A DNA stretch of 63,767 nucleotides, filler included, from Octopus bimaculoides (taxonomy: Eukaryota): NCBI RefSeq assembly GCF_001194135.2. It is 6 parts of 6 records of this genome, joined end to end, with 100 filler letters (N's around TTAATTAATTAA, not from the genome) between each part and the next. Parts side by side here need not be neighbours in the genome. Positions count along the whole stretch, not along the records: positions 39,874 to 46,466 come from NC_068987.1; positions 46,567 to 61,653 come from NC_069000.1; 4 more parts are not named here. One strand, 5' to 3'. The position numbers were made by a program, and so were the translations under genes. Positions 39,774 to 52,476 of this stretch are shown here, in pieces; the first letter of the stretch is position 1, and every line of letters starts with the position of its first letter. A model generated the notes under the pieces. That model was not told the origin of the DNA. It saw nothing but the letters and a program-made list of their open reading frames with translations, and ran no database searches.

Positions 39774-39873
39774 NNNNNNNNNNNNNNNNNNNNNNNNNNN
39801 NNNNNNNNNNNNNNNNNTTAATTAATTAANNNNNNNNNNNNNNNNNNNNNNNNNNNNNNNNNNNNNNNNNNNN

Positions 39874-40485
39874 CCTGGCTAAGAAGGAATATATTCACAG
39901 ACATGACAGAGCTGGGACCTATATACACTGGAAACTATGCCAACACTATGGAATAACAACAGAAAAAAGATGGTATAAACACACGCCAGAAAAGGTCTCA
40001 GAAAACGAGAAAGCAACCATACTCTGGGATATGCCAATACACACAGCTAGAGAAATTAAGGAAAATAGACCAGATATAGTTGTCAAAGATCATGAAGAAG
40101 AAAAATGCTTTCTAATTGATGTATCAATACCAGCAGATGACAACGTTTCTCTAAAAGAAATGGAAAAACCTTCAAAATACAAAGACCTGGAAATAGAGGT
40201 AACTCGAATGTTGTATCTAAAAACAGAAACGATTCCTATCATAGTAGGTGCCTTAGGTATAATAAAAAAAATATTCAGACAAATACATAACAAAAACACC
40301 AGGACTTACAAATATATATAACATACCGAAAATTGCACTACTGGGTACTGCACACATTCTATGCAAAACACTTTCAATACAGTAAACATAAAAGCACCAC
40401 AGCAAACTACAGCACATACCCAAGGCGCACAGAGCTGCGCTCGGTAGTGAAGTGAAAGCACGTTATAAAAATAAAACTACTAAAC

Positions 40486-40537
<52 letters not shown>
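39874..40537 (+). mobile_element. R4/Dong-like element 3' end (RLE) with (AAT)n tail
   Basis: 'RHDRAGTYIHW', 'NRPDIVVKD..CFLIDVSIP..EKPSKYKDLEIE', followed by (aat)n at ~40487-40537. Confidence 0.85.
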
Positions 40538-40539
40538 GA

Positions 40540-41540
40540 TCTACTGGCATAAAAGATAAAGTATTACATAACCACTCTAGTATCAATCAGTATAACAAGA
40601 AACTTAAAAAATAGGCCAACTAAAATCATTTGGATCGCCCTTCCCTTTTTCCTTAATATAAAACTTAACATTGGTAAAAGATTCCTGTCTCTCCTAGACA
40701 AACACTTTCGGGCAACTTACAGATAAAGGAAAATATTCAATAGGCATCCTGTGAAATTATCATATAGCTGCTGCTCCAATATGAAGAGGATCCCTACACG
40801 TGGTCAATACCAAGAGCCTGAATCCAGTTCCAACTGACGCGACCCAGGTTCCTGTCCACTTGATCAACAATGTATGACTAAATCTATCTTATATGAAGCA
40901 GACGTTACTACAACCCTAAAATTAATACAATTGATAAGAAGACTTATATTGTATTATGTGAAGGTGAATTTAAAAATCGCTATGCCGATCACATAGCTTC
41001 CTCCCGACAGAGAAAAAAGTAAAGATACTAAGCTGGCTAGCTACGTGTAGACTTACGAAATACCTCATTTGATTAAATGGAAAGTAATTGAGGAATCCAT
41101 ACCTTATGTGAATGGATCGAATAAATGTAGGTATTGTTTGGCTGAAAGAGTGAAGATCTAAGATCATTAACTTTCTATTGAACTCCAAGTCAGAAATTTT
41201 CAGTAGTTGCATGCATATGTATAAATATATTTTGAAGAATAGAAAAAATCCATCTATTCCTGACTGACTTGATATCTTTTCAGCCTTATCATTTATGGTC
41301 TAAGGAGGATAGCTATGTACACCTTTTTAGTTTTTAAATTTCAGTTCCTGATTTTCGTTTCCGTTTTTCGTTTTCCACTGTGTACTGTTTGTGTTTTCTA
41401 TTTGCTGCCTCCTCAGTTACTTTTTTTTTTGCGTTTCTTCTATTATTGAATTTCTTTAGTTCGTTATGATATGTGGTTTGCGCCTGAAGAATATGTTTGA
41501 GTTTTCTCAATATATGAAACTATTAGTAGCGATTTAATAC
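40540..41540 (+). mobile_element. Penelope-like element 3' portion (thumb + GIY-YIG + 3' UTR with HHR)
   Basis: 'KIIWIALPF..LNIGKRFLSLLDKHF..KIFNRHPVKLSYSCCSNM' and 'LCEGEFKNRYADH'. Confidence 0.8.
41481..41531 (+). ncRNA. Type I hammerhead ribozyme, family A (short stem II)
   Basis: CGC/GCG stem I, CUGAAGA 41484-90, stem II AUAUG-U-UUGAG/CUCAA-UAUAU, GAAAC 41516-20, stem III ACU/AGU, GUA 41526-28. Confidence 0.8.
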
Positions 41541-41603
41541 ATGTATTGTAACCTTTAAATAAATAATATATATATACATACATACACACACATATATTAT
41601 ATG

Positions 41604-41634
<31 letters not shown>

Positions 41635-42309
41635 CTATACGTGTGTGAGTATGTTTGTTTGTGAATGTGTGCATTTATGTATATCCTGTATCTACTTATA
41701 AAAGATATGTCTAGTAAGAAAAGCACTGAAAGAGAAACAGAACATTGATAATACATCTCAACAATATTTATTTCCCCTATCTCTACTTGGACTTGATCAC
41801 ACTATATGCTTCTGTTAATGTGTACAAATATACACTGTAGATATTGTGTGTGGCTGTGTATTGTATGTTGCAAGGGTGTGTCTATTCTCAATAACATTTA
41901 CAAAGCAATTGATCGAGTTAGGAAATTAGATGAATAATTCAAGACCTAAATAATTAATTTACAATTCAATAAATTCTCATTAACAAACGAAATACTGCAA
42001 GAATATCTTTGAGGACAATATATACTACACCAATCATCACTCATTAATGATGTGATTATAAATTACAACACGTCATCAATCACGAACAAATTCTCAAAAC
42101 CAGTAACGCAAACGTGCACACATCAACTCCTGTGATATGTATGTATGAATGTGTGTGAGGGTGGTGAAACATGCGTGTAAATGTGTATACATAGATACAT
42201 ATGTATAAATAAATAAATAAATAAATAAATATATATATATACACACACACACACATATATTTAAATATATATACACACAAACACACACATACACACGCAC
42301 ACACACACA

Positions 42310-42362
<53 letters not shown>

Positions 42363-42372
42363 NNNNNNNNNN

Positions 42373-42446
<74 letters not shown>

Positions 42447-42589
42447 AATCATTGAACCTATTTACGCAGTAATATATAAATAAGGTTGTTGTACTTGGGG
42501 ATGGTCATATTGCCAGTTTAGCCAATAAAAACACACGCACTGTATATTTGGTGTTAATTTGCTTCAGCTTTATATTACATTATATTACA

Positions 42590-44205
42590 TTAATCCTATT
42601 TCGGCCAGAGTTCTTTCGTCACACTTCTGTGACCTCATCAGTGGTCCTTTTCTTTCTTCTTTATTATGTGTGTCTCACCTTGCTAACTATCAGCCATTTT
42701 GTATTTTGTATTCCTATTGTATGTGTCTACGTATGTGTATCCTTCAATATGTCAATGTTTTTGTGAGTGTATCTGTGTGTATGGGGAGTGCCTGTATTAT
42801 CTATATCCTCTGTTAATACCTGTGCGTTTGTTTTTGTTTTTATTTATTTATTTGTTCATGTGTTTATATCTAATTTTTTTTGTATTTAATTAAATTTTGT
42901 TAACGTATGTAGTATTTAATTCCATTTGTTTATTTATGTATTGTATTATATTTTGTTCATATTGTTATTGGTTTATGGGGAACGTATTGTCATATGTTGT
43001 GGTTTGTGGTTTGTTAGGGGTGTGTGTTAGTGTTCCATTCTAGTTTCCTATTCAGGCTAGGATTGTCTTCTATTATGTGTGTAGCTTCTGTGATTTGTCT
43101 AAGTGCTGCGCCTCTGCTATGTGTGGATAAGATTTTAATTTCTATGTTGTTGAGTGAGCCTCCATGTTCTTGCTCAGCGTGCTGGTACAGAACGGATGAG
43201 CTCTTCCCTTCCTTAAGTGCCCTCCAATGTTTGTTTGCCCGCTCCCCTATGCTCCTTGCTGTTTCGCCTACATATGTCGGTGTCTTGTTACTGCATCATC
43301 CCTCTGTACATCTTATACTATAGACTACATTTCTGGTTTTACAGTTCGTTTGTGGGCTAAATCTACATACGGTACAGTTCCTATCAGTGCAGGGGGTTCT
43401 ACTAAAAGGGTATGTTCTACTGATAAGGGATTTGATAGGGTTGTCTGGCCTTTCAACAACCTTAATTCTTAGCTTAAGTTTGTCTAGGGCCCTTCTAAAG
43501 CGGTACGCCAGTTCGCCTCTAGGGGTGGTGTCGACGAACATGACGCTCTGGTATTTGTGGCTATCATACTATGAGCTGGCCTTCCCTATTNNNNNNNNNN
43601 NNNNNNNNNNNNNNNNNNNNNNNNNNNNNNNNNNNNNNNNNNNNNNNNNNNNNNNNNNNNNNNNNNNNNNNNNNNNNNNNNNNNNNNNNNNNNNNNNNNN
43701 NNNNNNNNNNNNNNNNNNNNNNNNNNNNNNNNNNNNNNNNNNNNAACCTGAGAACTGCATGCGGTGAACGAAATGTTGTATATGTCTCTTTAATTCTGTA
43801 GGGTTGCACACGCAGGAGACATTTCGCATTACTCTGACGAGGTCTGCCATCAATATATTAAATTTGGCATTGTCCGCAATAGCCGAGTTCCGGTGGATCA
43901 GGTATTTGGAGGCCATAGGTTTTGTATAGTGTGAATGGAGGATTCGGGTTTTATTATTCTTAGTTTCTAGCTAGAGTTCAGTATCTAATACAGGTAATCT
44001 ATGGTTAGGGTGTTTAGTAGGGTAGTCTATAGTAACTTTAATACTCTGGTGGATGGAGTTAGCTATTTGCCGGATGCTCTCCATAATCTTAGTTTCTATT
44101 TCTATTTCAAGAGTACTCTCTTGTGGGGGGGGGGTGTCTTTACCACTAAGTTGATATCATCGACATATCGAGAGTACATATTCACGAGTATTCCTTTCCA
44201 ATAGT
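42590..44205 (-). mobile_element. Penelope-like element (RT YVDD + GIY-YIG + 3' UTR HHR)
   Basis: 'MYSRYVDDINL' near 44160, 'KPMASKYLIHRNSA', 'NCKTRNVVYSIRC..TYVGETARSIGER' and the HHR at the distal end. Confidence 0.88.
42603..42647 (-). ncRNA. Minimal type I hammerhead ribozyme, family B
   Basis: GG(A)CCA/UGGCC stem I, CUGAUGA, stem II GUCACA-GAAG-UGUGAC with one extra G, GAAAG-AA-CUC site. Confidence 0.65.
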
Positions 44206-44292
44206 ATCTATCTATCTGTCTATCTATCTACCTATCTATGTATCTATCTATCTATCTATCTATCTCTCTCTCTCCCTCCCTCTCTCTCTCTC

Positions 44293-44342
<50 letters not shown>

Positions 44343-44408
44343 GTTAATATACCCATGGCTGTATGTTGCATAGCGTATATATATATGTGTGTGTATGTAC
44401 GTGTGTGT

Positions 44409-44452
<44 letters not shown>

Positions 44453-45056
44453 TTTACATGTGCATATGTTCATGTGTATGGATAAATATCTATGTGCATG
44501 TGTATGTATATGTATGCTCAATAAAATACATATAAGCAAATATGTATTAGATATTCATGTTCCAACGTCCAAATGCTTTAATCTGAAAATAAGCATTTAA
44601 ATATGCATTTACATATCCTAATGATTAACGGTTTATAAGTTTTAATAGATACGCATTATAACGTTTAATTTTCAAACTTTCATCTATCCTCGATTCTGAT
44701 TATGTCACAAATTGCTACATCTTTATACCTCTCTACAACTGTATCTACTACCAAACAAATAAGAAGTATCTATATGCATTGTTTTTATTTTATCTTGTGT
44801 TTACTTTTATTTTATTATGTTTTTAGTTTTGTCTTCTTAGTTTGATTTTATATTTTTTAAATCTTTATCTATTATTTTTTCTACATATATTTTCTACATA
44901 TCTCTTTTCTAATATATCGTATATTCATGAATATATAGATCCGATCACTTAGACACACTTACTTTATATAGCTTTTAACTTGTTAAACTCACTAATACTC
45001 TGTATGCTTCCTTCAAAAGAAAAAAGATAACCTAAGTTCCCTAAATTCATAATTTA

Positions 45057-45146
45057 CCCTGAAGAAGTCCTACTCCATATAGCTAGAATATGATACCTTT
45101 CTCAGCATTTAGATCAGCTAGGTGATAGGACTGAAATATAATAGGT
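45057..45146 (+). ncRNA. Hammerhead core, family C, 3' end overlapped by mariner TIR
   Basis: CUGAAGA 45059-65, perfect AGUCCUA/UAGGACU stem II base, GAAAUAUA. Shares CTGAAGAAGTC and ACTGAAATAT with 50559-50599. Confidence 0.5.
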
Positions 45147-46357
45147 TGTTTCACATGAAATGTCGTATATGAAAGGTAACAATAAAATGTTACAGAAGCG
45201 TCAGAGAACTGATTTAGTTAATCAAGGTATGATTCATATTCCTTTATGACCTTTACCCAACGTTTCTCTATGTCATATTTTTTTAAAAATTCATTTTTTG
45301 CTTTGATAAACTGTCCGAATGCTTCAATTATCTCTTCTATATTTAAGAATCTTTCATTGCTTACTAAAAGCTCAAAATGCTTAAGTAAGTGATGATCAGT
45401 AGGATGGATATCAGGGGAATACGGAGAATGTTGCAAAATCTCATAATTCAATCTTTGCAACTTTTGGACCGTAGCTTGAGGAACGTGAGGATGTGCAGTG
45501 TTGTGGAGCAAAATTGGGCCGTCTCTCTTCACTAGTCTGGGCTTCTTGTTTTTGAAATTCCCATACATACAATCAATTTCCTAGCAATTCAACGTTGCTG
45601 TTACCGTTTTTCCTCGTTTTCCTCGTTGCAAAAATTAATAAAGAATAATTAGCAGCCCACCATACAGTAACAACTACTATTTTATGGTGAAGTGGTGGGT
45701 TTGGATAGTGTTTAGGCGACTCATCTGAATCTAATCACTGTCCTGCTCTCCTGCTGTGGTGAAAGAGTATCCATTTCTCATCACAAGTAATGATTTGATG
45801 CAAGAACGGTGTTTTTCTAGTCGAGAAAGCAATAAGGCGCACACTTCGAGGCGTCTCTTTTTTGAATCTCGTTCAGCTGATGTGGCACAAACCTCTCCGT
45901 TTTCTTGACATTTCCAATCCTATACACGTGTGCAAAAACAGTTGTGTGAGATGTTTGGAGTTCTGATGAAAGCTTTCAAACCTTTGTTCTCGGATTTTGT
46001 TTAAGCAAAGCATTTAATCCATCATGCCGAGTAACCGATTTTGGCCTAACCCATGGTTTATTTTCAACGCTTTCATCTCTTGAGCGAGAGCGTTGGAAGC
46101 ATCTCTGCAAAGTTTTCATGTCAACAAAGCCATTACCAAAGGTACGCTTGATACTCCGTAGAGATTCTGCGGGAGAGTGACCCAGCTTGTACTCATACGA
46201 GAAATCACTCAACCTAGTTTGGTTGTTATCATTTTCATAAGATCTGTGGGTACGACTTTTCTATACCGACATTGTTAGGAAAGAAAAAGAATAGAGATTT
46301 TAAATGACTGAAATAACAAGTAATTAAAAATGAGACATTTCAAGTGAAACAACCAAA
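45141..46357 (-). mobile_element. Near full-length mariner transposon, transposase pseudogene, both TIRs
   Basis: TIRs ataggttgtttcacatgaaatgtc / gacatttcaagtgaaacaaccaaa. Frameshifted motifs 'FVPHQL', TCDE-like, 'LHNTAHPH', 'YSPDIHPTD'. Confidence 0.9.
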
Positions 46358-46566
46358 CATATTTAAGCTCCTTTATTTTATTTTTGTGCTTTGACAACTT
46401 GTAATCAATTTATTTGTACTGTTATGTTTTTTAAAAACATTTTCATCATTTTATAACATAAAAATANNNNNNNNNNNNNNNNNNNNNNNNNNNNNNNNNN
46501 NNNNNNNNNNTTAATTAATTAANNNNNNNNNNNNNNNNNNNNNNNNNNNNNNNNNNNNNNNNNNNN

Positions 46567-46626
<60 letters not shown>

Positions 46627-47145
46627 GTGTGTGCACATGTGTGTAACTGCATCTTTGCCTATATGTTCCTTATTCCACTTCTGCCATTTTGCTGCAGCTC
46701 CAATACCATTTACCAATATTTTCCTACGGATTCTTTAATCTAGCATCATTGCTTCCCACCCTTCCATTACCAACCCATCTTGTTTGGCAAGCCCTCCACT
46801 CTTCAAATAAATTCCTCATATCCACTTTCAGCTCCAATTTCCTCACTCTTAGGCACAGTGAGTAAGCAACAAAACATTATTATTCTAAAATCCTTAAGGC
46901 AAGTTAATTTTACCAGTTCTCCAAACTTCATATTGATTAATTTTGGCTGACACAGACTGTCACCATTTTCCTTAGAATCTGGAGTTCTGTCTACTCTAAT
47001 GTTATATTAATAAAGTAATTAGTTATTGTTGATTTTGGAATTTGTTATGAAGGACCTATGGTCAAAATTTGGGCAAGTCAGCAAACTAATTGTAAAAATT
47101 TTTACTGCTCCCATCTGTCTATCTGCTCGTCCATTTGTCTGTCTG

Positions 47146-47184
<39 letters not shown>

Positions 47185-47201
47185 GTCTGTCTGTCTATCT
47201 G

Positions 47202-47239
<38 letters not shown>

Positions 47240-47494
47240 AAGCTAGCTATGTGGCTGACTATCTATCTATCTATCTATCAAGTACCCCATCTATTGATCT
47301 CTCTATTCATCTATCCTATCTGAGCAGCCATGGCTGCATGCAGGAATGGGTGTGTGAATAGGTGCAAACATGCACCCATTGTTGTTCTTCTACTATAGTC
47401 TGAGCAGACCAAAGCCTTGTCAGTGGATTTGGTTGACAAACTGACAGAAGCCTGTTGTTTATACATATGCATCTATGGGTGTAAATATTTATGC

Positions 47495-47579
<85 letters not shown>

Positions 47580-48139
47580 NNNNNNNNNNNNNNNNNNNNN
47601 NNNNNNNNNNNNNNNNNNNNNNNNNNNNNNNNNNNNNNNNNNNNNNNNNNNNNNNNNNNNNNNNNNNNNNNNNNNNNNNNNNNNNNNNNNNNNNNNNNNN
47701 NNNNNNNNNNNNNNNNNNNNNNNNNAGGGATGCGAGTATCCTAGTTCACTGGTTTATACCTGAAATCAAAGAAAACCAAGTATATTAGTTTATCACCGAA
47801 ATGTATAAGTATTTACATAAACCATTTTAATTTCTGAAATTAAAGAATTGGACTTGGAAACAGCTGTAGGTAGGAGTTTCTATGTATGAATTTGAATGTC
47901 TTTAAATAAAAATATCAGTACATAAATTTTTATCCATTTTCTTCATTTTCTTATTTAAAAAGGTGTGTGTACATATTTACATGTATGCAAATGTGTGTGT
48001 ATCTATGAATGTATGTGTGCGTGTTTGTGTGTGTGTGTGCTTGCATGTGTTTGCATGTGTGTGTGTGCATTTCCTTCCTTGTCTGCTCCAACAAATTATA
48101 TCTCACTCATGGATTGACCAAAAAAAAACAGTAATAGGT

Positions 48140-48173
<34 letters not shown>

Positions 48174-48550
48174 CATTATTACATACACACATATATGTGC
48201 ATTAATATATACACAAATATATACATATGTACGTATACATATATACACATATACATATATATATACATATATACATATTCTTTTTGTCCGTCCTTCTTTT
48301 CGTATACATTCGCTGCTTTCTTCCAAGGAATCTAATGCTCTTAGCTTAGTTTTTCCTTGGGGCTGGCCAGATTGGAGCAATCTCGAGTATAACCAGCCGA
48401 AATTGCAAAGATAATCTGGAATTTGACTGAGGAAAGTAAACTCCGAATAACTTGTCCTTGTTTTCTTTGTATCGTCTGTCTGGATGTTTTGCTGTCCCTT
48501 TTTTGTATCACTTAGCTGTCTGGATGTTTTGCGTTCTTGTCCCGTTTTTG

Positions 48551-48585
<35 letters not shown>

Positions 48586-49499
48586 TTGTTTAAAAGAGTT
48601 CCAACACTGTCTGTTTTTTATGTTTTATTTATATTCCTGCAGAACTAATGTGGGGTATAGAATATGGAATATACAATATATANNNNNNNNNNNNNNNNNN
48701 NNNNNNNNNNNNNNNNNNNNNNNNNNNNNNNNNNNNNNNNNNNNNNNNNNNNNNNNNNNNNNNNNNNNNNNNNNNNNNNNNNNNNNNNNNNNNNNNNNNN
48801 NNNNNNNNNNNNNNNNNNNNNNNNNNNNNNNNNNNNNNNNNNNNNNNNNNNNNNNNNNNNNNNNNNNNNNNNNNNNNNNNNNNNNNNNNNNNNNNNNNNN
48901 NNNNNNNNNNNNNNNNNNNNNNNNNNNNNNNNNNNNNNNNNNNNNNNNNNNNNNNNNNNNNNNNNNNNNNNNNNNNNNNNNNNNNNNNNNNNNNNNNNNN
49001 NNNNNNNNNNNNNNNNNNNNNNNNNNNNNNNNNNNNNNNNNNNNNNNNNNNNNNATACATACATACATACATACATACATACATACATACATACATACAT
49101 ACATACATACATACATACATAAATACATACATACATACATACATGTATATAAACATGCACTAACACACACACACACACACACATGCATATATATATATAT
49201 ATATATATATGTAGAAAGAGAGAAAGTTTTATGAAATTCTACAAGTACCTACAACTACAGACACACATACATACACACACACACACACTCACCCTAACTT
49301 TTAAATAAGCCTTGCAAAAATAAAATACTCGATTTTCTTTCAAAATAATTTAAATAATTTTTGCAGAAGTCAAATATTTCTGCTGCAACTTGAACTGCTT
49401 CTCTATTTATGGAATTTAACCTCTGTAGAAATATTTCAAATCCTTACTGGTTGTTTCATTTCAATTCTGATTTATGACTAGAATTACGAACAATTAAAT

Positions 49500-50010
49500 A
49501 ATTGTTGTTCCTTTCTGACAATGTTATTCTTTCCCCACAATGTGTATTCCTTCTGCATGTTGTTATTCTTTCCCACATATTGTAGTTCTTTCCATACAAT
49601 GTTGTTCCTTCCCCATATCGTTATTCTTTCCCACAATGTTGTTTTGTCTTTATGCTGTTATTCTTTCCTATACATTGTAGTTCTTTCTGTACAAAGTTGC
49701 TCTTTTCCCATTTTGTTATTCTTTCCCCACAATGCTGTTCCTTCTTCACAACGTTATTCCTCCTTTACATTCTTGTTTCTTCCCTGCCTTGTTGTTTCAT
49801 TCCAGTAATGTTGCTTTGCCACATTGTTATTCCTGCACCCTATTTGCTAATCCTTCTCTTCCATTTTGTTCCTTCCTCACATTGTTATATCGTTATATCC
49901 ACACTGCAATTGTTATTCCCTCCCATCAGTGTTGCTCCTTTCTCACACTGTTGTTACTTCTCCATGTTATTATTCTTGTACTTCAACTGTTGTTCCTTCC
50001 CTATATTACA
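49500..50010. repeat. Degenerate ~20-bp pyrimidine-rich tandem repeat (attgttattctttccccac-like)
   Basis: Recurrent ttgttattctt(t)ccc(c)ac units. Confidence 0.75.
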
Positions 50011-50558
50011 GAATCATTCATGAGGTTTTTGAGTCCATTTTTTTCACTAAGTTTTCTTCTCATATTTATCATTTCTATTTTTTTTTCTCTAGTTTTTGGT
50101 ATTGTCTATTTAAATTAGTGAAAGATCTCAAACTATTTCAGCTTGAGGGATTTTCCTAAAGGATGTAAATATTTATCCTCCTCCAACTAGAGAAGGATTC
50201 TGTCAGTTCATGATAAGATTTATAGTAGCTTCAGGGAGATTAAACACCAGTTGAAAGGAAGAAAAATTCAGCATTGTAGTAATCATTTCACATGGAAATA
50301 GCCCCTTATACTTAATGTAGTGAACTAAGATATTTGTATTAATTAAAATTTCATTTTTATTAACCATTTTAATAAATTACTGATGATTTATTATTAAAAT
50401 ATACATTTTTATTAATAATCAATAAGAAATGGTTAATTAATTCTGGCAAAGAATGCCCAGGCAGAGAACTCTGAAAACTTTAATGAAGTAAAATTAATTA
50501 AAAATAGAATGTGAGGCTTAGAGTGTGAAATTAGTCTGGTTTTGGCAGAAGAAGGATA

Positions 50559-50599
50559 ACTCTGGATATTTCAGTTTTAGAAGACTTCTTCAGCAAAGT
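50559..50599 (-). ncRNA. Minimal type I hammerhead ribozyme, family C
   Basis: Stem I ACUUUG/CAGAGU, CUGAAGA, stem II AGU/ACU, GAA + palindromic AUAU, AUC site. Confidence 0.7.
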
Positions 50600-50639
50600 A
50601 TAGTTTTTTTTTACCAATACTGATAGACAAGAGTGTCTT

Positions 50640-50870
50640 TATCTATGCCCATGGTACTATCCACATCGGATTAGACTGTCACAGGAAAGAATCCCAAAAT
50701 GGATTCTTCAAGCTGAACCAACTGGTAAGAGACCTAGGAGTAGAGCAAGCTTAAGATGGTCAGATGATATCCGTAGTCTCAGTTGGTCATGCTTGGGAGT
50801 AATGACAATTGTGTCTGATAGGACCCTATTGAAGAGGTTCCTGAGGACTCCATCTCTACAACCCTCTCAG
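50640..50870 (+). mobile_element. RTE-like LINE 3' coding fragment
   Basis: 'WILQAEPTGKRPRSRASLRWSDDI', a relic of the G-x-R-x-x-GRP..RW motif. Confidence 0.55.
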
Positions 50871-50899
50871 AATAGTGGGCAAAGATATATATATATATA

Positions 50900-52262
50900 T
50901 CATCATCATCATCATCATCATCATCGTTTAACGTCCACTTTCCATGCTAGCATGGGTTGGACGATTTGACTGAGGACTGGTGAAACCGGATGGCAACACC
51001 AGGCTCCAATCTAATTTGGCAGAGTTTCTACAGCTGGATGCCCTTCCTAACGCCAACCACTCCAAGAGTGTAGTGGGTGCTTTTACGTGTCACCCGCACG
51101 AAAACGGCCACGCTCGAAATGGTGTCTTTTATGTGCCACCCGCACAAGAGCCAGTCCAGGGGTACTGGCAACGATCTCGCTCNNNNNNNNNNNNNNNNNN
51201 NNNNNNNNNNNNNNNNNNNNNNNNNNNNNNNNNNNNNNNNNNNNNNNNNNNNNNNNNNNNNNNNNNNNNNNNNNNNNNNNNNNNNNNNNNNNNNNNNNNN
51301 NNNNNNNNNNNNNNNNNNNNNNNNNNNNNNNNNNNNNNNNNNNNNNNNNNNNNNNNNNNNNNNNNNNNNNNNNNNNNNNNNNNNNNNNNNNNNNNNNNNN
51401 NNNNNNNNNNNNNNNNNNNNNNNNNNNNNNNNNNNNNNNNNNNNNNNNNNNNNNNNNNNNNNNNNNNNNNNNNNNNNNNNNNNNNNNNNNNNNNNNNNNN
51501 NNNNNNNNNNNNNNNNNNNNNNNNNNNNNNNNNNNNNNNNNNNNNNNNNNNNNNNNNNNNNNNNNNNNNNNNNNNNNNNNNNNNNNNNNNNNNNNNNNNN
51601 NNNNNNNNNNNNNNNNNNNNNNNNNNNNNNNNNNNNNNNNNNNNNNNNNNNNNNNNNNNNNNNNNNNNNNNNNNNNNNNNNNNNNNNNNNNNNNNNNNNN
51701 NNNNNNNNNNNNNNNNNNNNNNNNNNNNNNNNNNNNNNNNNNNNNNNNNNNNNNNNNNNNNNNNNNNNNNNNNNNNNNNNNNNNNNNNNNNNNNNNNNNN
51801 NNNNNNNNNNNNNNNNNNNNNNNNNNNNNNNNNNNNNNNNNNNNNNNNNNNNNNNNNNNNNNNNNNNNNNNNNNNNNNNNNNNNNNNNNNNNNNNNNNNN
51901 NNNNNNNNNNNNNNNNNNNNNNNNNNNNNNNNNNNNNNNNNNNNNNNNNNNNNNNNNNNNNNNNNNNNNNNNNNNNNNNNNNNNNNNNNNNNNNNNNNNN
52001 NNNNNNNNNNNNNNNNNNNNNNNNNNNNNNNNNNNNNNNNNAGCGGAAGCTATCGACTACCTCTAGTTTTTCTCCCTGGAATGAGATAGAAGTTGTTTCC
52101 TGTTTGTTTACAGTGTTTATTGCACCTGAACATCTGCCACATACAAAAACTAACTTCGTAGTTAATCTGCCTTTGATATTGCTGCACCTCTTATGTGTCC
52201 ATAGCTTGCACCGGGTACATCTTATAGAGTTACTACCTACTCCTTTACTGCATACTGACACT
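50900..52262 (-). mobile_element. RTEX/RTE-like LINE with PHD-like finger in the RT; 3' UTR with (GAT)n tail across a gap
   Basis: 'VCSKGVGSNSIRCTRCKLWTHKRC..FVCGRC..LEVVDSFR'. The tail type ggaagggcatccagc...aaacgatgatgat also occurs at ~18715, 24325, 56630 and 60690. Confidence 0.7.
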
Positions 52263-52476
52263 ACCTGAAGGGGTTTGTGTTTTATCTACCTTCCTACTTA
52301 TTAGGATTTTGGTTTTTGCTAGGTTGACTCTAAGGCCCTTCAATTCTAGTCCTTGCTTCCACACCTTAAACTATATATATATAATGTACTGTTCTATGAT
52401 GGTAAGATAAAAAAAAAAAATACATTCCATCTGGCAAGAGATAAATATTTTTCAATAAGCATAATATATGTTTTTA

